Shown one piece after another: positions 33,632 to 43,100 of a DNA stretch of 64,000 nt. The notes beneath the pieces are model-generated. The model ran no database searches. It worked only from the letters and a program-made list of their open reading frames with translations, and had not been told where the DNA came from. The stretch's first letter is position 1. Each line of letters begins with the position of its first letter. The stretch spans positions 1,312,001 to 1,376,000 of the forward strand of contig OZ253449.1 in the NCBI GenBank assembly GCA_965261345.1. The letters are read 5' to 3'. Source of the DNA: Chloroflexota bacterium. GTDB taxonomy: Bacteria > Chloroflexota > UBA11872 > VXNJ01. The position numbers were made by a program, and so were the translations under genes.

Positions 33632-35021
33632 AGTTATGTGCCGAAAGTTCTGCAATTAGCTTTGGCGTCACCTTATCGAATTTAGCTTGATTGTTCGCTG
33701 AAATTTAGGCGGTAACGATCAACTCCAGTTCTCTGCGTTGCTCTTTCAGGAATGCCATGTTCAGGTAGCGGCTGGCCTCAATCCAGTTCTCGTGCTGTTC
33801 GACCGCAAGCGCCCTGACCAAGCGCAGGCAACTCGCACGACCCAAGAAAGATCCGCACCACGTGCGTCCGGCGCTTTATCTCCTCGTTTAACCGCTCCAG
33901 CATGTTGGTGGATTTAAGGTGCTTGTAGTGCTGCCGCGGCAGACGGTAAAAGCTGAAAGTCTCCTCAATGCCGCTCTCTACCCAGTCGCAGAGCCTGGGA
34001 TAGCGGCCCTGCCATTTGCCCAGCCAGGCTAAGAGGTCCCGACGGGCCTTAAGCGAGATCGCGCCGATCGTAGAGCCAGCGAAGTTCTTGGAGACAGTCG
34101 TCATCGGCCCTTCGCGGCAGGTAGTCGCTGAGCATTGCGCAGGAAGTGGACATAGCAGCGTTGCCAGATGGCTTCGGGTAAGTACTCGGCGATCGCCTGC
34201 TTTAGTCCGGCGTGGTTATCGGTAACGACAAACTGCACGGCGCTGAGGCCGCGATCGCGCATCCGGGACAGAAAGTCGCGCCAGCTGCTCTTACTCTCAC
34301 GGTTTACCAGCTCGACTGCCAGTACCGAGCGTCTGCCCTCCCAGTTGATGCCGATGGCGATCTGGACCGCCTGGGACCGGATGACTCCCTCCTCGCGTAC
34401 CTTTTCGTAGCGGGCATCAAGGATCAGGTAGGGATAGTTGGCCTCCAGTGGGCGCTCGGGCAATTTCCAGAGCGGCATCTAGCTGCTTGTTAATCCGGGA
34501 GATGTTGGAGGCTTCAGAATGCGTGACCACACAGCTCTTCGGTAATGGCCTTTCACTTTCCTGGTCGATACCCCCTGGACGTACATCTTTAGCCAGGGCG
34601 CTCACCAAGGCTTTTTCACTGCGCTGGTAGCGCTTTAAAGATCTCGGTGCTAAAGCGTCCCTGGCGGTCCTGTCAGCACCCTGAGTCTGATCTTGCCCAC
34701 CCGGGTGATAAGTCCGCGGCCGTAGTAGCCGCTCCGGTAGCCGCGACGGCCAGCGGTACGCTCACTCTTACCGGCTCCCAACGCCTCGTCCATCTCGGCT
34801 TCCTCCGATCTCCTGGACGGTCTGGTGGATGATGCCGCGGAAGAGCTCGGGATCACTTTTGAGCTCTTGGCGCCAGTCAATAGCGTTGTGGTTATTCTTC
34901 AATCGGGTCACTGGTTGCCTCCCTTAAGGCTCCGAGTTGTGCTAACTCAAGAATTTAAGGAGACGCCGTGGCCCGCTTCTTTTTACGGGCCTGCTTTTTG
35001 CATAACTATTGGGACACAACC
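33632..35021 (-). mobile_element. Degenerate IS256-family element (multiple frameshifts)
   Basis: Fragments YRSGYY, YLILDARYEKVR, VVTDNHAGL, WQRCYVHF, KSTNMLERLNEEIKRRT; imperfect IRs; 8-bp TSD TTCCCGGG at 33624 and 35022. Confidence 0.88.
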
Positions 35022-35140
35022 TTCCCGGGCGATCTAGCCTGCATTGTGACTGAGCGCGGTCAAGGGTCGGTGGTAGCTTGGATGGGCTCGATCGCGCTAC
35101 AACCTGACAATTGGAATCAGTGCGGTCAAAGGAGGCCTGA

Positions 35141-35932
35141 ATGGACTTGCAACTAAACGGAAAGGTGGCAATCGTCACCGGCGGCAGCAAGGGGATCGGC
35201 AAAGCGATTGCGTTCGAACTGGCCCGCGAAGGCGTGGACCTTGCTCTCGCGGCCCGTTCTGAAGGCCCGTTGCGCGCATCCGCGGAAGAGATCGCTTCCG
35301 AGACCGGTCGGAAGGTGATCGCAATCCCGACCAATACGACCAAAACTAGCGACGTCCAGAACTTGGTCGACAAGACGGCCGCTGAATTCGGACGTGTAGA
35401 CATCTTGGTCAATTCGGCAGCGATGGCCGGTGGTCAGGTCCGCGGCAACCTGGACGAAGCCGAGGAGCAGGACCTGATCGAAGACCTGGATACCAAGGTG
35501 GTCGGGTACTTCCGGTGCATCAAGGCGGTGGCGCCGCACATGCGGGCCCGGAATTGGGGGCGAATCATCAGCATCGGCGGGCTCTCCGCCCGCAGCTCGT
35601 CAATCTATGGTTTGCGAAACTCCGCAGTTGTTCACATGACAAAAACGCTTTCGGATGAGCTGGGTGAATATGGCATCACGCTCAATGTGATTCACCCCGG
35701 ACTTACCGTGACCGAGGCGGTTGAGGCTCGGCTAAACGACGAGGCGAACCAGCGCAGCATTTCGTTCGAAGAGGTGGAGCGGGAAACGGCAGCGCACGTG
35801 GCGATCAGGCGCCTGCCTCGCCCCCAGGAACTGGCTTGGCTGACGACGTACCTGGCCTCACCGAAATCAGAGTGCGTAACCGGGGAGGTCATCGCAGCCG
35901 GAGGCGGCTCGCAAAGATCGGTGCACCAGTAG
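35141..35932 (+). CDS. SDR family oxidoreductase
   Basis: MDLQLNGKVAIVTGGSKGIG, LVNSA, IHPG; the catalytic YxxxK is replaced by YGLRN. Confidence 0.9.
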   Translation: MDLQLNGKVAIVTGGSKGIGKAIAFELAREGVDLALAARSEGPLRASAEEIASETGRKVIAIPTNTTKTSDVQNLVDKTAAEFGRVDILVNSAAMAGGQVRGNLDEAEEQDLIEDLDTKVVGYFRCIKAVAPHMRARNWGRIISIGGLSARSSSIYGLRNSAVVHMTKTLSDELGEYGITLNVIHPGLTVTEAVEARLNDEANQRSISFEEVERETAAHVAIRRLPRPQELAWLTTYLASPKSECVTGEVIAAGGGSQRSVHQ

Positions 35933-36483
35933 GCCAAATTGGGTCGCCAATCGCTCTGCGAGCGGGGCGAACGACCTATTCGTGTTCGGCTAGTTCGCCT
36001 CTCATAAGTGGCCCCCGGACACACCCCGCGCGGAGAAGGTGAAGACTCCGACCACAGCTCCTTGCGGACCTGCGCAGACGCCTCGGAATCTTCGGACAGC
36101 CGGACTTTAAATTCCACGATGATGCCCAGGTCGGCCGTCTGAGCTTTGCAGATCCGGATTGACAACGACCGGATGCTCGCGCAGATATCGCGTATCGCTG
36201 AGGGAATTCTTTCAGGATCATCAGGCTTGTGGCGCGCAGGGTTTGCCACCCGGCCGCTATCACCTATCAGGACAGTGACCAGTCCAAGGTCAACTACCCG
36301 GCCACCCTCGCCTCCGACCATCGGCGTTGCAACCACACTTCTGTCGGCGCAATGATCTACCTACCTATTGGGTAAACTGCCGCCACAGCCACGCCCGCAC
36401 AAACCCTACATCTGAGCTCGGGCCGAAGTTTTGGCAACATCTTTCGGATCTCCCTGTGGCGGACTATCGAGGTAGAGACGGCC

Positions 36484-37017
36484 ATGCCAAACCGAGCCGT
36501 GATTGGCATGGCAACCCTGTTTCTGGTAATGCTGTCGGCAGCAACAGCGTGCGGCCCAATGGTTCCGGATTTGCCTCTGCTTGATGCCATCGACCAGAAC
36601 AACGCGGACGCAGTGCGGGGTCACATGGAATTTGGAACGGACCCAAACCAAACGTTCATTCCGCCGGGATTTCCGTTCGCCGGCGCATCAGCTCTGCATT
36701 TGGCAGTCTTAAAGGACGACCAAGAGATCGCGCGGACCCTCATGGAAAACGGCGCCAACATCGACTTAAGGGCCCGGGACGCATTCTAAGGATCGCCGCT
36801 CGAATGGGCGGTATTCTTCGGAATCAAAGAGATGGGCGTGTTCCTGGTGGAGTCGGGGGCGGATCTCAACGCGAAGAATGGCTTTGGGACGACGCCGCTT
36901 GACGCCGCCACCGCCGACAACCCTTTTATCCCCGCTGCGGATCTGGACATGTTCATCCAAGACCGGGCTTTCCTCAACCAATACCTGAGCGAGAAGGGCG
37001 CAAAATCCGGCTTATAG
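36484..37017 (+). pseudogene. Ankyrin-repeat lipoprotein with an in-frame TAA at 36787
   Basis: Lipobox-like ATAC; GASALHLAV, GANIDLR, (stop) GSPLEWAV, GADLNAKNGFGTTPLDAA, all in one frame. Confidence 0.8.
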
Positions 37018-37028
37018 CGACCGGACCG

Positions 37029-39900
37029 GTGTCTGACGGGGCTAGTGCAGATTTGAGTTCGCCAGCCGGGAATCAGGAGCGGAGATACAACGGGCTCGAT
37101 GGTCTTCGGGGGATTGCGATGCTACTGGGCATCGTTCTTCACGGATCGCTGCCCTACTTCTCACGCATCGGCGGGATTGAGTCGATCTGGCCCGCGGACG
37201 ATGACCAGTCGGTGGTGCTGTATCTGGTGTTCGACTGGATCCATTCCTGGCGGATGCCGGCGTTTTTCCTGTTAGCGGGGTTCTTTGCCCACCTGGTGTT
37301 GAACCGCCGCTCAACATCGGAATTCGTTTTCGATCGACTAAAGAGGATTGCTTTGCCGCTGGCGCTGTTCGGGGCTGTGATGGCGTTCTTAATCCCGCCG
37401 ATATGGATCTATGGATGGTTCGGCGTAATGTCACTGGAAGTACTCGGAGATGTCCTGCAGGAAAGGCGCGACCTTGGCTCTAGTGGTGATTTCATTGCCC
37501 ATTTGTGGTTCCTGTACTACCTGCTGCTGATGTACGCTGGCCTGGTTGTTTTCCGGCTGCTGGGGAGGCTCCATTGGGTGCGGACAATCCTGCGAGCGGA
37601 AGGCCGGCTTTCGGTTGGAAAGTACCTGGGCAACGCCACCTACACGCGCATACCGCTGTTGCTGATACTGGGGGCGATTTTCCTGCTCGTTCTCCGGGCC
37701 GGTAATGATTCAAAGCCCATATGGCCGCCGAATGTGACGGATGTGCTCTTCGGTGCAATGTTCTTCTTCTATGGGTACGGGCTCTTTGCCCGGCGGGAGC
37801 TCATCGATCGGTTGAAGGGTTCGAGAACCTTGGCCGCGCTGTTGGCCATCGGGACGGCGGCTTTCATCATTCACGCTGCATTGATCGGGCAAATATTCGA
37901 TATGACGAACCAGGGCATGGCCGAGGAGACCAAGGAATTCCTTGGGCTAGGAGTCTGCGCCGCAGGATTTGCGACCGAGCCCCGATCGCGCCTGTTTCGG
38001 CGTTTTTGCGGCACGCAACGGTTGCGGCATGCTCCGGCGACGCAGACTGCCGCCGGTCACGGGCATCTGCAATGCGTCGATCGACCCGGATGAACCGGTT
38101 CGGGCGCCAAGGGGTCTCAATTCGGGGCGTTCGCGCTGCATTTACCCTCCGGCCACGACATTTATCCGCCTGGCGTTGAGCGCCAGGCACACCAGGGCCC
38201 ACTCGCCCTGCACTTTCCTTAAATCCCCTTACGCTGAAGCGCCGGAAGCCCATGACGTGCTTTATCCAGCCGAACGGAGGTTCGGCGATGTGCTTGCGGT
38301 CCGCGTAGGTCTTCCTGCCTTCGGCACCGGCGATCTTGTCCGCCATGCGCGCCCGGGCCGGGGTGCGGGCGGCGAATCGGCCGCCGCCTTCGCGGCCCAG
38401 CGCCAGGTAGGCATCGACGCCCCGGCGCTCCAGTTCGGCAAGGGTCCGCTCCGAGGCGTAGCCGCTGTCGGCCAGCACCTTGCCAGGCGAGGCGCCCAGG
38501 TTTTCCTGAACCTGGTCCAGCATCTCCTCCAGCCGGCCGTAGTCGGCCGGATTGGCGCCGACGTCGACGGCCACGATCAGGCGCGATGACCCGTCGACCG
38601 CCGCCTGGGCGTTGTAGGCCTGCTGGAAGCCCTCCGACGAGGTCTGCATGATGCAGCTCTCGGGATCGGTGAAGTTGCTCTGCGCCTTGGGGTCGGGTTC
38701 CCCGTAGGGGCGCTTGTAGCGTGGGCCGCGGCGCGGCGGGCCGTCGTCTTTGGGGGAGCGGCCGCGCTCGTCGTCGCGCTCCCGGGCTTTTTGCTCCAGG
38801 CGCTGCTTGGCCCGTTCTATCGCCTGCAGGCGCGATCGGCGGCGTTTGAGCTCTTCGGGAACGTCCTCGCCCGAGCCGTCGGGGCCGTACTGTTCGTCCT
38901 CGGCCAGGTCGGCGGCCTCGGCCCGCTCCAGCAGGGCGGTGATCTCGGCGCGCAGCTTTTGCTCCTGCTCCAGCATGCGCCCATAGCTCATCGCCTTGCG
39001 CCGGGAGGCCGAAGCCCGCACCTTGCTGGCGTCCACCGCCAGGGTCCCCAGTCTGGTAAGTCCCATCTCGCGGGCGATTGCAACGACCTGCACGAAGAGG
39101 TCCTTGAAGTCCTCAAGGTGGCGCTTTCGGAACTCGCAGATGGTGCGGTGGCGGGGTAGGCTGCCGGCGGCCAGCAGCCGGAAGGCCAGGTCGCGCTGTA
39201 AGGCGCTGGCGATCCGGCGCGAGGAGAAGGTGCCGGTGGCGTAGCCGTAGAGCAGGATCTTGACCATCATCGCCGGTTCGTAGGGGGAGTTGCGGCGGCC
39301 GTCGCCCTCGTAGGGGGCATAGAAGGCGGCCAGGTCCAGGGCGTCGACCAGGTCGGCGATCTGGTAGGCCAGGTCTCCATCGGGAAGCCACTCGCGCGGG
39401 TTCGGCGGCAGCAGGTGCGGCTGGTCGGGGTGGTAGGGCCGGAAGGTGGTCGGCATGGAGGCCGCCTGGCGAATACTTACGGGGAGTGCGCGGTTCCCGA
39501 TTCTCCCTTTAGGATTTTTCTGCGGCGCAGACTCCTAGTCGGGACCTTTTTCTTTGGAGTTGCGGCGGTCTTGTTTAGCGTCGGGTTGATCGGGTTGATC
39601 GGGTTGTTCGAGCGCTTGCTGCCCTCACCCCGTCGGTGGGTTCGTTGGCTTGCGGACTCCTCGTATTGGTTATACATAATCCACCTGCCGCTGGTGGCCT
39701 TCCTCACTTTCTCTCTCGCCCACCTTGACCGGCAGGGTTGGCTCAAATACCTGACGGGCGTGAGCTGGGGCGCGGAAACGAAATTTCTGGCAGCGTGCGT
39801 CGTGACCGGGATCGTGGGCTTGGCCTCGTACCGGTACCTGGTCAGATACACATTTATAGGGGCGCTGCTGAACGGCAAGAGAACCAAAGCCTTGCCCTAG
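37029..39900 (+). pseudogene. Acyltransferase-3 family membrane protein (MdoC/OpgC-like) interrupted by IS1182
   Basis: LDGLRGIAMLLGIVLH, RMPAFFLLAGFF, HLWFLYYL. Removing the IS and one CTAG restores EFLGL-VGTFF...SSYWLYIIHLP in frame. Confidence 0.9.
37951..39534 (-). mobile_element. IS1182-family element (transposase from 39456, frameshift near 38220)
   Basis: PYEPAMMVKILLYGY, SSRRI, VDASKV, NFTDPES, LADSGY, AEPPFGWIK. IRs GAGTCTGCGCCGCAG / CTGCGGCGCAGACTC; TSD CTAG. Confidence 0.93.
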
Positions 39901-40110
39901 TGCCGAAATTCGGAATCACAATTACCCTTCCGTGCGCAGGTCGCCGCCATGGCGTGAAGACTTCGCGTAGGCACTGGCGCAACGCATCGAGGATTCATCG
40001 GGCGGCATCGGGCGGTTGCTTTCGCTCACCGCGATGAATATTTGACCGATCGCGGTCGCCAAGAATCATCGGAGTCGGCCGATAGCGGATCGTTAACTAG
40101 CCTGGATCCG

Positions 40111-43100
40111 TCAGATCTCGTGCGGCACCAAATATGGTGTAAATTCATCGTCGTTTACCAATCGATCGGCACGCGCAAACGGGGGATGTTCAGCAAAGTC
40201 GGGAACCAGAATACCGCGCAAGATGTCGCCCAAAAGAGTCAACTTTACCGTTTCGCCTGGACCCTGGGGATGGAATTCAACAACGGCGGCCTGAAAGTAT
40301 TGACGCACAAACCCAGCGGTGGTCCCGGGCGCCCGTAACCGGCCGATAAGGTCTTGGTCACGGCGTGCTTCGCTCTTGGGGAATCCGAAAGCTTCCACGC
40401 CGCCCAACTTCGCAAAGAAGTCGGCAAAGCCAACCTCGTCTCCTTCCACCGAGAGATTAGAGACCTTGTGCCCCCAAGGACCCAGCGGTGTGCCAGGGTG
40501 GGGATTTAAGACACTTGGTTCCACGCCTTGGTCGATGGCTCCACCTTCTCCACCGCCAACATAATCCCAGGCGAGCCTGCGCTCGACGATCCAACCATTG
40601 CCAAGGTTGTGGAAGTCCACAACACCGCGCTGGTAGAACTGGGTCAGGGTGCCATCCTCTAAGACCAGCACCTCGGAAGTCGGATAGCCCCAACGAGTAC
40701 GACCTCCAGCTCGCAGGTAGTGGCCCAGAAAATCTGCGGTTCGCACCTGGCCGTTGGCGAACGTTATCTCCAATTCGGGAATATTGTGGGCCAGATCGGG
40801 ATTGCCGCGGGCAATTTCGAACCGATGATCTAAGACTTTCAAGCGGTAGTCGATTGTGGGCACTACCAGCTCGGGTTCGGGTGGGGGCCGCCCACCTCCG
40901 CCACCACCGCCTCCGCCACCGCGGCGGATGGGCGGAGCGGGGTCGGACGTGGCGGTAAGAGTGACTGGAACCCTTGCGCTCGCCCCGGATGGGTCCGTCG
41001 CGGTTATCTCAACCATGTATTCGGTTTCGGCCAATTCGATCGGCGGAATCGAGTCGGCCACCGTGATTTGACCCGTGTATTGATCGATGTCAAAGAATTG
41101 CGCGTCAGGGCCGAACATCCTGTAGGTCAGGGTATCCCCGTCACGATCTAGCGCCTCGACCGGTGGGCCCGCCTTGGTTCCGGCCGCCGGACGCGCAGCT
41201 ACCGTGCGATCAATCGATCCGGCGGCAAACTCCGGCGCATCGTTAACCGACTGGATCGTGACGGCGACCGAGGCATCGGTGGAGAAATTGACGCCGTCGG
41301 AAACGCGGTAAGCGAAGGTGACTCCGCCGTGGTAGTCTGCTTCGGGATCAAAGGTTATGGAGTTGTCTTGCTGCACTTGGGCGGATCCGAATTGCGGTGC
41401 GCGGCGCAGCGTAACGGTCAGGGTGGCACTTTCGGGGTCACGGTCATTGGCAAGCACGTTTATGGACACCTCCTCGTCCTCAAGTGTTGAGGCGATGTCG
41501 TTGGCTGCTTCGGGTGGTTCGTTTATGTCGGTTACCGCAATTGCCGCGGTAGTACTACTACTGGCGTTTGAGGGATCGTTGGTGGTAACTGTGATCGAGT
41601 AAGCCGATCGTGTCTCGTAGTCCAGATGCGTGTTCGGTCCGACTCGGATCTGACCGGTCATGTGGTCGATCGTGAAGAAGTCAGTGTCTCCGGCGGTGAG
41701 CGTGTAGGTCAGCGTGTCATTGTCAGGATCGTCGGCTGTAATGGTCGGTCCTACCGCGGCTCCCGAGAGCGCGTTCTCGGGTACCTCGAGACCGGGAAGG
41801 CCGCCGGAAAAAACAGGGTCTTCGTTGGTTGCCGGCGCCACCTCCGTCCGGTAACGAGAGGTCGCCTCCGCGCTCTTGCCGCCGCCGCGGGAATCGCTGT
41901 ACGCGGTCCTCACCCGCAGAAATTGATTCAGATCGCTGTCCGCCGGCGTGTAGGTGTTACCCATCGCACCGCCAATTCCACTCCAAGTTCGCCCGTCGGA
42001 TGACTGGTCCCACGACCACGTACTGCCACTGACCCCACCGTCGGGATCATCCAGGATGGCCGTTAGCTGAATGCCGATTCGAGGCTGCAGCGAGGAGAGG
42101 TTGAGCGTGCCCGCCTCCTCATCATTGACCACTGTGATTGTGACGGTGCGGGTGCCGGTATTGGGGCCGTCAGACGCTCCCACGACCACCAGATACTCGT
42201 TGTCCCCTCCGGCGTCCAAGGCGTTCTCGAAGTTGGGGGTTACGGCAAAGCGCAGCGCACCGTCGCCGTTGATCACGAAAGCGTTGCGGTCCGCTCCCTG
42301 CAACGACCAGGCGACGATGATCTTCTCGGGATCATCGGCGTCGAAATTGGCAACTTCCCTCGTATCTCCCTCCCTAATGGACACTGCGGCGGGTGGGCCG
42401 ACCACAGGCGTCTCGTTCAAATTGATCACCCGCACCGCCACCGCCCGGGAGCCGGAAATCTCCCCGTCGGAGGCGATGACCGTCACCCCGTAGGCGTTGT
42501 CGCGATTGGCGTCAGCCGGGTCCTCGAAATCGGGGGACGCCTTGAAAGTCAATTGGCCGCGGTCGCTAATCTCGAACTTTTCTCCGTCAGCTCCCTCTAC
42601 CGACCAGGTGATCGAATCGTTCTCAGGGTCGTTAGCGGTATACGTGGCGACTGCCTGGGTGGAATTCTCCTGGTAATTGACGATTGGCGGCCCGGCAATG
42701 ACGGGCGCCTCATTTACGTTGGTGACGCTGATTGTCAACGTGACGCTGTCGGTCAATCCGTACGGGTCGGCGACGGTCACGACCACTTCATACGAATGCG
42801 TGGCCTCGAAATCGAGCGCCGCGTTGGCGCGGACCTGCCCGACACGAACGTCGGCGATATTGAAATAAGCGGCATCGCGCCCGCTGAGCGAATAGGTTAG
42901 CGGCCCACCGTCCGGATCGGTGGCAGTAACGGTTGCGATGACCGTCGCGGCGCTGCTGTTCTCGGGCACCGACTCCGCACTGCTTGGGGACGGGAACTCG
43001 GGGGGACGGTTGGGTACGACTTTGAGGATCCGATCCGAACCCCCGCCATTTGAGGTGGTGATATAAAGGGCACCGTCAGGCCCCAGTAACGGTGTTCGCA

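Noticed and set aside
40880-40930. CCG/CCA-rich repeat as a phase-variable tract
   Set aside because: Mixed codons encoding a Gly/Pro linker, not a pure simple repeat.
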